A DNA stretch of 63,702 nt, counting the filler, from Octopus bimaculoides (lineage: Eukaryota): assembly GCF_001194135.2 (NCBI RefSeq). It is 8 parts of 7 records of this genome, joined end to end, with 100 filler letters (N's around TTAATTAATTAA, not from the genome) between each part and the next. Parts side by side here need not be neighbours in the genome. Positions count along the whole stretch, not along the records: positions 9,923 to 19,711 come from NC_069004.1; positions 19,812 to 45,330 come from NC_068983.1; 6 more parts are not named here. One strand, given 5' to 3'. The notes beneath the pieces are model-generated. The model did not search any database. It saw nothing but the letters and a program-made list of their open reading frames with translations, and was not told where the DNA came from. Shown piece after piece: positions 12,135 to 23,895 of this stretch (the first letter of the stretch is position 1; every line of letters starts with the position of its first letter). Position numbers and translations under genes: made by a program.

Positions 12135-12300
12135 TTAATCTTGGGTATGACTTTAAACTGTATCTAGTAGTGGGGCCCTGGTTTGGGACTTCCACAGTTT
12201 TGAGGAAATACTTCTTGGCCACTTTTGTTCCCAGGTCTTCTCTGACCCAGAGTAGTAGCACCTGTCAAGGTCCCAGCTATGGGTTAATTAACATGTCATG
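12135..12300 (-). mobile_element. Possible RTE-type LINE/SINE 3' tail remnant
   Basis: Minus strand CAGGTGCTACTACTCTGGGTCAGAGAAGACCTGGG resembles widespread RTE-related tails; recognised from recall only. Confidence 0.35.
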
Positions 12301-12865
12301 GAATTGCCTCTAGGAGGTCACTCAGACACCCCCAATGCATCTAGGGCAGATGAAGACCTTCAGCTCTTTAGCTGCTTGTCTAGGACAAAGTAACCCCACA
12401 CATGTCCTGCATCTTGATAACTACTGGGCTTAAGACATTTGTTCCACCACACTAGTACAACACAAATCTGACCGACAAGAGCGTGAGTGGGACTGGCCCT
12501 GCACAAACCATGCTCTCAATAACAATAAACACTTGCCCTGTGGAGAAATTTACTGAGCATTTAAATAGGGCTAAGCGAATAAACCCATACAGAAAATCCA
12601 CAGGGAGGAACCTCAAAGCAGATATTCACTGTTATACTTAACCAAGACTTGGCATTCCCTGTGGTACCAAAGATGCTGCAAATGCATTGACTTGTCTTTC
12701 CTTCTTGTTGAGTAGAGAGAAGGTATGCATATTTGGGGCAAGGGACTCACTTTTGGAGACAAAGTACAACAGAGATGCTTAATTTAGGACTGCTGCAATA
12801 GCGTTGACAATGAAAAAGGCCAGCTGTGTATATAAATATATATTTTAAAAAGCTTTTGCGGCTTA

Positions 12866-13082
12866 TATACTCTTTACTCTTTTACTTGTTTTAGTCATCT
12901 GACTACGGTCATGCTGGAGCACCGCCTTTAGTAGAGCAAATCGACCCCAAGACTTATTCTTTGGAAGCCTAGTACTTATTCTATCAGTCACTTTTACCGA
13001 ACCGCTAAGTTACGTCGACGTAAACACACCAGCATCGGTTGTCAAGCGATGTTGGGGGGACAAACACAGACACACAAACACG

Positions 13083-13085
<3 letters not shown>
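12866..13085 (-). mobile_element. SINE family A, tail half
   Basis: Matches the 3' half of 39898-40304 (GACAACCGATGCTGGTGTG...GGTGCTCCAGCATG...GACTGAAACAAGTAAAAG), ending at the internal (CA)/(TA) tract. Confidence 0.9.
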
Positions 13086-13142
<57 letters not shown>

Positions 13143-14078
13143 GTTTAACCCCTCATCTCTATGCATATCCCCACAGGTTCTGTAGCTTTGTGAGCAGAAC
13201 AGCAACCTCAATAGTCCAGTAACATGAAAAAAGGTACCCAGAACACATTGTAAAGTGAGTGGAGTCAGGAAGGGCATCCAGCTGTAGAAACCAAGCCAAA
13301 GATTCTGGAGCACAATGTGGTCATGGGACCCATCAGACCCTGTGAGAACAACCAACTTATGTCAGTATAGAAGAGAGGTGTTAAGTGAGGATATGTATGT
13401 TTCTGTATAATCTCTGCTGTTTGTTTATATAAATTTTATATTGAAAACAAAGGGACTTGGTAATAATCCTGAATGCCTAAGTTTTTGCATGTGTGTGCAT
13501 ATGTATGTATGTATGTGTGCATGTGTGTGTGTGTGTGTGTATGTGTGTGTGTGTGTGTGTATGAACATATGTACACTGCCAAGATGTCTATGATAACATT
13601 GTACTGTTAGTGTTCTTTGTCTAAACACTGTTATAGTTCATCTAATGGTGGTAGTGGTACTGGTGGTGGCGATGGTAGTGATGGTGTTGATGGTGGTGTT
13701 GGTAGTGGTGGTGGTGATAGCGGTGGGGATGTTGGTGATGGTGGTGATACTGCTGCATATCAGTAGAATGCACCAACAATGGTACAGTCATTTGGTACTA
13801 TGTTGCAGATAACAGTGGATTATAAATTTGGTGATAGCACTAGTGGATTAAACTCTTAACAGAACATATTCTAATATTCTATAATTAATGCTGTCATCAC
13901 ACACCACCATCACCCCCACTACCACTGCACCACCTCACCATCACAAGACACAAACGGGAAGCTTTCATAGAAACAGGATTGACATCAATAGAATTTAAAT
14001 TCATAGAGATTACCACACACACACACACATACACACACACATATATATATATAGATATATATATATATAAAAATATAT

Positions 14079-14217
14079 CATCATCATCATCATCATCACT
14101 ATCATGGGTGGCATGGGTGGGATGGTTTTGACAGGGGCTGGCAAGTCTTAGGACTGCACCAGGCTTCACTGTCCGTTTTGGCAGGGTTTTTACAGCTGGA
14201 TGCCCTTCCTAACACCA
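14079..14217 (-). mobile_element. (ATG)n-tailed retroposon fragment (family B)
   Basis: Shares CAGCTGGATGCCCTTCCTAAC and a (CAT)n end with 20260-20406 and 30848-31030. Confidence 0.75.
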
Positions 14218-14352
14218 ATACATATATAGATGCAGACACACACACACACACACGCACATTGTTATATTTCGGGCTGGTCAATTTTTTTTTTTTTTTTGCC
14301 AAATAAACACATGCACTGTATATTTGTTCTTCACCCATTTATTGGTGTTCTT

Positions 14353-14520
14353 ATTCTAACTTATGTGTCCATTGTCCGAAAATCTTTCGTCACGCATCTG
14401 TGACCACTTCACTGAGAATGAACTCAGTGGAGCAAGAGAACACATGAGGACGGAAAGTATCACTGAAGAGGTCACAGATGCGAGAGAAAAGATTCCCAGG
14501 CAATAGACACGAGTTAGAAT
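14353..14520. mobile_element. Inverted-repeat Penelope-like element (family P4) with decayed hammerhead-like cores
   Basis: Arms 14353-14412 and 14462-14520 are diverged reverse complements; their consensus is CTGAAGA-GGTCAC-AGATGC-GTGAC-GAAAG. Confidence 0.5.
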
Positions 14521-14718
14521 ATGNNNNNNNNNNNNNNNNNNNNNNNNNNNNNNNNNNNNNNNNNNNNNNNNNNNNNNNNNNNNNNNNNNNNNNNNNNNNN
14601 NNNNNNNNNNNNNNNNNNNNNNNNNNNNNNNNNNNNNNNNNNNNNNNNNNNNNNNNNNNNNTATATATATATATATATATATATATCAGTGTGCATTCAA
14701 AGCAATGATTAGTAACAT

Positions 14719-14857
14719 CATGAAACCAGAGAAACTCTGCCAAATTAGATTGGAGCCTGGTGTTGCCATCCGGTTTCACCAGTCCTCAGTCAAATCGTCC
14801 AACCCATGCTAGCATGGAAAGCGGACGTTAAACGATGATGATGACGATGATGATGAT
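14719..14857 (+). mobile_element. Family B retroposon 3' end with (GAT)n tail
   Basis: CCAACCCATGCTAGCATGGAAAGCGGACGTTAAACGATGATG, the reverse complement of the copies at 15186, 20260 and 23510; also seen at 32545. Confidence 0.8.
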
Positions 14858-15545
14858 ATGCTTTTGAATCTCTATTACAATTCATAATAATGACTTTTAT
14901 TACTTTTATTCCTACCTCAGTTCATCTAATTGTATATATCTATTCTTACTTTTCATAAAAAGGCCTTTACTTTTTTTGATTTCCAATGTGCATTTTCACT
15001 TATTTTTATTCTCACTTTCTCCTTACATTTCCATGTGTAGTTTCTATTTTGTTTTTGTAACATATTTCTATTATATATATATGCATACATACAGACATTA
15101 TATACAACTACATATAGATACACACCCAAATATACACATATACATCACATGTATACATACATGTCAATTTATATGTACATTCATCACCATCATCATTTAA
15201 CGACCGTTTTCCATGCTAACATGGGTCAAAGAGTTTGACAGGATCTGGCAAGTCAGAAAACTGTCAGGCTGCAATGTCTCTTTGAATGCCGCAAACATTT
15301 ACCAATATTCAGAAATACCGTTTTGTGTTTGTGTGCGTGTGTGTATGTATGTGTATTGCGTGTGTGTTATTGTTTCTATGTGTGTGTATGTGTGTGCAGA
15401 GGCCTCATAAGTACAACGCATTACTGACATATATATACATGGAAAACTTGGCATGTGTACTGAGTGCACTCACTGACACAGAAACAAACACACACACACA
15501 CTCACAGCACTTGACACATATATAATAACAGCATATTAGGCCAGA

Positions 15546-15579
<34 letters not shown>

Positions 15580-15639
15580 TTTATATAGCTGTATATATTT
15601 ATAAATAAACATTTATAAATATAAATGAAAAATATATGT

Positions 15640-16100
15640 ATGGCTGTGTGGTAAGAAACTTGCTTCCCAACCACATGGTTTCAGGTTCAGTCCCACTGCA
15701 TGGCACCTTGGGCAAGTGTCATCTACTTTAGCCTTGGATCAACCAAAGCTTTGTGAATGGATTTGGTAGGCAGAAACTGAAAGAAGGCCATTGTGTATAT
15801 ACATGCATATCAGGGTACAGGACGTTAGAACAATGAACTACAGACAACGGAACGAACACATAGGAAAACGGAAAGCCACTTGGAATATCCCTTCATCAGC
15901 TGTCTCTATTCTAACTAGACGTTTCGAAGATATGTATGTATATATTTATGTGTGTGTGATTTGTGTTAGACCCCCCACACACACCACCACCACCACCATC
16001 ACTTGACAACCGATGTTGGTGTGCTTATGTCCCTGCACCAGGCTTACAAAGAATATGTCCATGGTTCAATTTCTTTGACTAAAAGGCAGTGCTCCAGCAT
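15640..16100 (+). mobile_element. SINE family A, near full length, interrupted in its internal microsatellite by a family P3 insertion (15811-15934)
   Basis: Head 15640-15795 and tail 15950-16100 match family A; the middle matches the P3 copies (GGTACAGGAC...CCCTTCATCAG). Confidence 0.8.
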
Positions 16101-16617
16101 NNNNNNNNNNNNNNNNNNNNNNNNNNNNNNNNNNNNNNNNNNNNNNNNNNNNNNNNNNNNNNNNNNNNNNNNNNNNNNNNNNNNNNNNNNNNNNNNNNNN
16201 NNNNNNNNNNNNNNNNNNNNNNNNNNNNNNNNNNNNNNNNNNNNNNNNNNNNNNNNNNNNNNNNNNNNNNNNNNNNNNNNNNNNNNNNNNNNNNNNNNNN
16301 NNNNNNNNNNNNNNNNNNNNNNNNNNNNNNNNNNNNNNNNNNNNNNNNNNNNNNNNNNNNNNNNNNNNNNNNNNNNNNNNNNNNNNNNNNNNNNNNNNNN
16401 NNNNNNNNNNNNNNNNNNNNNNNNNNNNNNNNNNNNNNNNNNNNNNNNNNNNNNNNNNNNNNNNNNNNNNNNNNNNNNNNNNNNNNNNNNNNNNNNNNNN
16501 NNNNNNNNNNNNNNNNNNNNNNNNNNNNNNNNNNNNNNNNNNNNNNNNNNNNNNNNNNNNNNNNNNNNNNNNNNNNNNNNNNNNNNNNNNNNNNNNNNNN
16601 NNNNNNNNNNNNNNNNA

Positions 16618-16975
16618 AAATAACAGAGGATAACTTTATTTATCAACAAATGCAATGAGAATAAAAATAAACCTTCTTTTCTATGTTATTCAATAACACC
16701 ACCTTCAGCTTCAACAACTGCTTCTGTATGAGATCTAAATCGTCTACATGCTCGAATCAACTGGTCCTGGTTAATTTTGGACATTACTCTGATTATGGCA
16801 GCTTTAAAAGCATCTTTGGTGTTATGGGCATGTTCATTGACCTCACTCTCAACAACGCTCCACATGTAATGGTCAAATGGATTGAGATCTGGGGAATTAG
16901 GAGACCAAATGTTAGGGGTTATGTGATCATGAAAATTTTCAGCCATCCATTCCTGTGTTACAAGAGCCATGTGTT
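16618..16975 (-). mobile_element. maT/DD37D-type Tc1/mariner transposase C-terminal fragment
   Basis: ORF 16686-16970: WSPNSPDLNPFDHYMWSVVE...RACRRFRSHTEAVVEAEGGVIE*. Confidence 0.8.
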
Positions 16976-17049
16976 AAATAATGATGATGATATGTATATA
17001 TATATATACCGGAGTAAGCACATGAAATGTGCAACAAGGNNNNNNNNNN

Positions 17050-17085
<36 letters not shown>

Positions 17086-17489
17086 AATACATATATATGA
17101 TTTAACAACACATGGAAAAGTAGACTTTAATATAGATATAGGAATATATTTAACAAGTGTGTGTGTGCATATACATGCCTATACATACATAAATATATGT
17201 GCATATATACATGTACATGTACACAGACACATACAAATGCTAATTACAGATATATAGTGAATACAATTATACATACACACCTATTCTCTCTCTCTTTCAC
17301 ACACACATGTATTAAACAAATTTATATACATCTAAATAAACACACACACACACATATATGAATGCTTATTAATAGTATACACACTTATTNNNNNNNNNNN
17401 NNNNNNNNNNNNNNNNNNNNNNNNNNNNNNNNNNNNNNNNNNNNNNNNNNNNNNNNNNNNNNNNNNNNNNNNNNNNNNNNNNNNNNNNN

Positions 17490-17850
17490 GACGAATCTTT
17501 TCTACTAAAGGCACAAGGCCTGGAATGTTGTGGGGAGACGTGAGGGGGGTAGTCAGTTTCAACAACCCCAGTGTGTAACTGGTACTTATTTCATTGACCC
17601 CCAAAAGGATGAAAGGGAAAGTCAATAATAATAATACTTTTCTACTGTAGGCATAAGGCCTGAGATTTTTGGGGAAGGGACCAGTTGATTATACTGACCC
17701 CCAGTGTTTCACTGGTATTTAATATATTAACCCCAAAAGGATACAAAGCAAAGATGAACACGGAGGAATTTGAATTCAGGACATAACACTAGAATAAATG
17801 CCACTAAGTATTTCGTTTGGTATGCTAATGGTTTTACCAGCTCACTGCCT
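17490..17850 (-). mobile_element. Two tandem family C SINEs (Deu/Nin-like central domain), diverged
   Basis: Both carry variants of GGTACTTATTTYATYGACCCC-AAAGGATGAAAGG; the second continues into the tRNA-like head. Confidence 0.7.
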
Positions 17851-18383
17851 CTTACTATTGGTTTGACACAAAGCCAGCAACATCAGGAGAGGGAATCATG
17901 TCAACCACATCGCTACCCTTCCTCCATACTCAACTGGTATAGTCATTTTATAAACTCCGAAAGGATGACCTCTGTGGACTCTGAACTCAGAACATAAGAT
18001 GAACGAAATGCAGTTTACCTAGCATGCTATGAAAGATTCCATATGCTGGAATACTCGACATAATGTTCCAATAGCTGGGATATCCTAGAAACAGCTGCCA
18101 GCCACTATCTAAACCTTTAATTATATAGCTAAATTAAATGTCCTTGTCAAGTCTCACCAACCTGTTAAACCTTTTCTTTTCTACTTTAACCTATACCAAC
18201 CGACTCAAAAGGAAGCCACATCTAGCCACTTTGGAAAGTAAATTGTCCCTTCAACTGCAGTTCAAACCAGAATTCTAGTACCATACTTATTTGAGTGCTC
18301 AGAACACATACATATTAGTTTGAGTCACTCTAACAAAAACTCCTCGTATCTGTTATACATACATCTATCATAATAAGTAAAAG

Positions 18384-18436
<53 letters not shown>

Positions 18437-18449
18437 TTTGTATTTTTCT

Positions 18450-18816
18450 TTTTTACTTGTTTCAGTCATTTGACTGCAGCCATGCTGGAGCACCGCCTTT
18501 AGTCGAATAAATCAACTCCAGGACTTATTCTTTGTAAGCCTAGTACTTATTCTATTGGTCTCTCTTACCGAACTGCTAGAAGATGGGGACACAAACACAC
18601 CAATATCTGTTGTCAAGCGATGTTTGGGGGGGGGGGTCAAACACACACACATATATGGGCTTCTTTCAGTTTCCGTCTACCAGATCCACTCACAAGGCTT
18701 TGGTCAGCCTGAGGCTATAGTAGAAGACACTTGCCCAAGGTGCCACGCAGTGGGACTGGACCCAGAACCATGTGGTTGATAAGCAAGCTACTTACCAGAC
18801 AGTCATTCCTGAGCCT
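18450..18816 (-). mobile_element. SINE family A, full length
   Basis: Head, short internal (CA)/(TA) tract and tail are all present. Confidence 0.9.
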
Positions 18817-19143
18817 ATATATATAAGTAAAAGTGATTAATAAATCCAGGCAGATATCTATAAAGCACTCATTGTTAAACAACTTTGGTTAACACTACCA
18901 AAAAAAAAAAACAGATACCAATAAATTCAAGTCTGCATGTACATGTGTGTGTATATATGTGTTTATACAATTAAAAGGGTAAAGGTTTATCAATTTATTA
19001 ATTTATTAATAAATCAACAATTAATAATTTTTACCAAGCCCTTCGGTATGTAAACACCATTATCGGTGGAGAACTTATTTAAAAGTTCTTATACATTTAT
19101 AAACATAATTCAGGGATCAGCAAACATTTGCTTCACCACATAC

Positions 19144-19162
19144 CGAAGTTCAGAAATAGCAG
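19144..19162 (-). CDS. Candidate 19-nt microexon
   Basis: Minus strand CTAAC-CATTTTTTTTATAG | CTGCTATTTCTGAACTTCG | GTATGT: branch point, pyrimidine tract and strong donor. Coding status unknown. Confidence 0.4.
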
Positions 19163-19251
19163 CTATAAAAAAAATGGTTAGTTTTCATTTGTTTTTTCTT
19201 CTTATTTTTGCCTTTGTGAGTTACAAANNNNNNNNNNCATACATGTATTAT

Positions 19252-19287
<36 letters not shown>

Positions 19288-19460
19288 GCCTACATACATG
19301 TACTACTGTTAAATTATGAATAGCTATTCATGTATATAGCTTACAGGAGCATGTATACTTTGTATCATGACTTCAGTCTTCTTCTTAAATGCAGGGTGTA
19401 GAGACATAGGAGGGAGGAATGGAAGGTGGAAGGGGCAGTTTTCTGAACACAAAAACATAC

Positions 19461-19599
19461 ATGTTTTTATATATGCTATATACACTCTATACAAACATAT
19501 GAACATTATCAATGGCACCATCAAAGAAGCAGAGATGGTAGCCAGAATGTTCCATGAAAACATCAAATTTCTACACACAGCAGCCATTTCATTAAAAAT
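19461..19599 (-). CDS. Candidate exon encoding a hydrophobic segment
   Basis: Acceptor CTAATCTTTGGCTTGCAG, donor GTATGT; open frame IFNEMAAVCRNLMFSWNILATISASLMVPLIMFICLYRVYIAYIKT, which joins 19144-19162 in frame (SAISELR). Confidence 0.3.
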
Positions 19600-19711
19600 C
19601 TGCAAGCCAAAGATTAGCCTACTAACTTCTAACTTCCAGTATCATCTTGTGTACGTTTTCTGGTATATATATATATATATACATATATACATATATACAT
19701 ACATATATATA

Positions 19712-19811
19712 NNNNNNNNNNNNNNNNNNNNNNNNNNNNNNNNNNNNNNNNNNNNTTAATTAATTAANNNNNNNNNNNNNNNNNNNNNNNNNNNNNNNNN
19801 NNNNNNNNNNN
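19712..19811. other. Artificial 100-bp assembly spacer
   Basis: 44 N + TTAATTAATTAA + 44 N. Confidence 0.95.
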
Positions 19812-20259
19812 TTGAAAATTCACGATTGTTTTCAAACCCCATTCCCCACTCAGTATTTTCAAACAGAAAATGAAACAATTTAAAAACAATAGTGATATTT
19901 TTCACAATTTTGTCATTAACCCTACCCACACCCCATAAATCCTAAAATTTTGACATTTTTTTCAAAATTCATTTTAACCAGGTTCATATTTTAAATATGA
20001 ACAATCAGAATCTGCAATTTGTTCCTGTTTATAATTTCAAAATAATTTTCAGATGAAAGCATGCGATTTAAGGGAGATTTAGCTGTTGTTTTTAGCACAT
20101 CCTACCACCACTTGGTACCTTCCTTGTTTCTTTATCACTCTGACATGTATTGATGTTTTTCAATATTTTTCTCTCCCATAAACACATTTTATGGAATGAT
20201 GATGTGGAAGAAATGGTTTTGATTCGCTGAAGGGTGGTTCATTGCTGAGATTTAAGCAA

Positions 20260-20406
20260 CATCATCATCGTTTAACGTCCGCTTTCCATGCTAGCATGGG
20301 TTGGACAATTTGTCGGAGTACTGGTGAACCAGATGGCTGCACCAGGCTCCAATTTGATCTGGCAGAGTTTCTACAGCTGGATGCCCTTCCTAACACCAAC
20401 CACTCT
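20260..20406 (-). mobile_element. Family B retroposon 3' end
   Basis: CATCATCATCGTTTAACGTCCGCTTTCCATGCTAGCATGGG...CTGGATGCCCTTCCTAAC. Confidence 0.85.
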
Positions 20407-21274
20407 GCACCTGCAAGTTTTTTTTCTGTGTGTGTGTGTGTGTGTGTGTGTGCATGTGGCTTTTTAAATCACTGTCACCTGCATGGAATTCCTTACAAAC
20501 ATGGTGATACACACTAGAGTGAGCAATATATATATACAAAATGAGAGAGAGAAAGAGTGTGGTAAAAAGTGGAGAGAGAGAGAGAGAGAGAGCTTTTCTG
20601 TTGCTGTCACAGATTTTGAAATATTAAAATCAAGTGAAAATTTTCAAATTTGGTATATTGATGTACTTTTTCCAATTTTGTGATTTATTTATTCCAGAAA
20701 AATTTCAGATAAATGTTACAGAGGTTTAAAGTTTGATCATTTTTACCCAGTTAGCAAACAGGATTTGTGTGTGATAGCTAGTATCGTATAATGAAAGTAA
20801 ACATTAGAAGATGAAGTTTTTAAACAAAATGAAAGCAATTGCATGTCAAATGAAGAGTGAGAGAGAGAGGGGAAAGCAGCAAACGCGAAAGATAATATAT
20901 ATAAAGAGAGAGAGTAATAAAGAAAGTGATGAATATATAGATGGGAAGTGTAAACAAAGAGAGAGCATGGGTAACCAATAAAGAGTGGAAGATTAGTCAA
21001 CATAAAAGTTGAGTTATTTCTCATAGCAAATTATATTTTTTAATTGTTGTTTACAGACAACCTTCTCTTTGGGAAGCAGATTTCAAAAATCAAATTCATT
21101 TTTCAAGATGACGCTCCATATCAGAGCCTTTCGAGGCTGAACAAACACATACATAACCATATACACATGCACTTATATAGTAGACATATGTATATAAACA
21201 TATACACATACACACACGATAAACACATACACAATATATACATATATACACACACACACACGCACATGTATATA

Positions 21275-21496
21275 CAGTAATCCCTTGCCACATCGTGGTT
21301 CACCTATTGTGGTTCATTATTTAAGCTTACTTCGATTCCTCCATGGTGTCATTTTGCATTTATAATAAAATAAATATATACAAACTATAAAAATAATTAA
21401 AAAAATATACAGTACAGTACTGTTTCTACTTCGCGGATTTTCACCTATCATGAGGGCTTTTAGAACATAACACCAACGATAGTTGAGGGATTATTG
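21275..21496. mobile_element. Tigger/pogo-like MITE (222 bp)
   Basis: TA|CAGTAATCCCT ... AGGGATTATTG|TA terminal inverted repeats with TA target duplication. Confidence 0.8.
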
Positions 21497-21577
21497 TATG
21501 TATGTATGTATACACACACACACACACATACATACACAAGTGAACAAATGAAAGAAAATGGCATTCAACATGTTTGG

Positions 21578-21994
21578 TGTGGTGTTTGGGCTGGCCAGTC
21601 CTGGGGTCGCACAGCGACCACAGAGGGAGCGGTACCCTCCTCCCTGGTAGTTCGGGAGCGAGGAGTGAGTGGGAGAGCCGGTTGAATGATCTATAGATCA
21701 GGGAGGGGGGCGTGTGGTGTTTGGGCTGTGTCGAGCTATGTGTTGTGGTGGAGAGGGGTGAGGCAAACAGAGGTGAAGCCAGACCGGAAGGGCCAAACCG
21801 GAAGGGTCAGATCGGAAGTCGGCGACACGCGGTCGAAGGCTAGCACGTGGGGCCAGTGAGAAAACAGCGATGTTACGAGAAAGACGTGTTCTGATTAGGA
21901 GCGATCGTGTACCCCGCTGCGGTCGGCAAGGTAAGGTCCAACGCTTCGTTCTGTCCTTTTGCTTCTTGTTGTCTTCTTCCTCCATCGCACCACA
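21578..21994. mobile_element. Solo LTR (417 bp) with 5-bp TSD
   Basis: TTTGG|TGTGGTG ... CACCACA|TTTGG; GC/CpG-rich island inside AT-rich DNA. Confidence 0.85.
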
Positions 21995-22061
21995 TTTGGT
22001 AAGAGTTAACATATATTATTCCTACCACTATTATTTAATAACAGTTTGTATCAGCTCAAAG

Positions 22062-22119
22062 TTTTGTAGGTTCATCAAATGAACCTGACAAGATAGCTTC
22101 ATTTGATGAACCTACAAAA
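22062..22119. other. Perfect 22-bp inverted repeat with 14-nt loop
   Basis: TTTTGTAGGTTCATCAAATGAA / TTCATTTGATGAACCTACAAAA. Confidence 0.9.
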
Positions 22120-22185
22120 ATTTAAATCGCATGGAGCCAAGACAAACTGTTACTAAATAATACATACATACATACATACATATAA

Positions 22186-22588
22186 TCTTTTACTTCTTTC
22201 AGTCATCAGATTGCAGCCATGCTGGGACACCACCTTCAAGAATTTTAGCCGAATGAGTTGACCAGAGAATTTTTTTTTAAAGCCTGGTACTTATTCTATC
22301 ATACTCTTTGCTAAACTGCTAAGTTATGGGGATGTAACTACACCAGCACCAATTGTCAAGTGGTGGTGAGGAACAAATTCAAACACAAAAAGACACACAC
22401 ACACATTATATATATAAATATATATATATATGACAAGGCTTCATTCAGTTTCCATCTACCAAATCCACTCACAAGGCATTGGTTAACCTAAGTTTAGAGT
22501 AGAAGACACTTGCCTAAAGTGTCGCACAGTGGGGCTAAACCAAGAACCATGTTGTTGAGAAGCAAACTTCTTACCACAGAGCTATGTC

Positions 22589-22592
<4 letters not shown>
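22186..22592 (-). mobile_element. SINE family A, full length, diverged
   Basis: Tail, internal (CA)/(TA) tract and head align to family A. Confidence 0.85.
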
Positions 22593-22655
<63 letters not shown>

Positions 22656-23859
22656 GTGCATGTGTATGCAGGTATGACAGGGGTTTAAGAAGTTCATTTT
22701 GCAACAATGTTGTTACAGCCTGGGCATATAGCCCTGGGCTCTCAAATACCTTGTGAATTAATTTGGTAGACAGAAGCTGTAGAAAGCTTACTTCGTTTGT
22801 ACACCTGTGTGCACCTGTGTGAATATTTACATTTTGCAAGCATTTTTTGAGTTAAGGACAATGGGCTCTGTTGTTATTTCCCTGTCAACAAATTCATCTG
22901 CTCTGTGAATTTGGAAATGAGTGGAACAAGGCTCCCATTTTTGAAAAACAGGTAAGGGTGAGTAGTAGAAAGGACATCTGGCTGTAAACAAAATGCCTCA
23001 ATAATACATCCTTATAATTCATGCTAGTATGGGTTATAGGGGTACATTTGTAAAAAGTATAGGAAACAGATGTAAAAGCAAATGATATATGACTATAAGA
23101 AGAATCAGATGTAGTGTGAGAGAGGACTACAATAGTATGGACATGTATGTGTGGAGGATGACAGCTGTATAAAATAGTGTCACACACTCTAAGAGGTACT
23201 GGAGAAATGGGACACCAAGAAATACTTGGGACAAAATGGCGTAAACTGATCTCAAGATATGGATCTCACAGAGGAGATAACAAAGCGATTGTGTTGACTG
23301 GGAGTCGCAGTACTGGAGAAGACTCGATTACAAAAGACCCAATCAGTAGTGTTTATATGCGCCAGTATTGAACATGAATTTTAAATGAAAGAGAGAGAAG
23401 TTTGTATGTGTGTGTATGAGAAAATACTGTCTTACTGAAGTGGTGATGTGTGTGTGTGTGAGTATATATATATATATATATATANNNNNNNNNNTATATA
23501 ATCATCATCATCATCATCATCATCATTGTTTAACGTCTGCTTTCCATGCTAGCATGGATATATATATATATATATAGGTAAAGTAAATGTTAGAGGTAAT
23601 ACTTGATAATTGTAAGCACCTGTGTATGCCAGATTGTGGCCGGGGTGAAAGAATAAATTGGAAATGTAAAAATAGAAACAAAACACAAAGGATTCTGCGC
23701 TACTCTTCTTTGTGATATAATTCTTGGGAAAGAATATATTTGCGGCTGAAGATAGCTTTACACTATCAATTATATACCAATAATGAGGCAACAACTATAA
23801 AGCTTGAAACACGTGTACCGCAGAATCCTTTGTGCTTTGTTTTTATTTTTACATTTCCA

Positions 23860-23895
<36 letters not shown>

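Noticed and set aside
21698-22082. ORFs 21698-22012 (-) and 21870-22082 (+)
   Set aside because: They lie within the GC-rich solo LTR and cross its boundary; no protein-like features.
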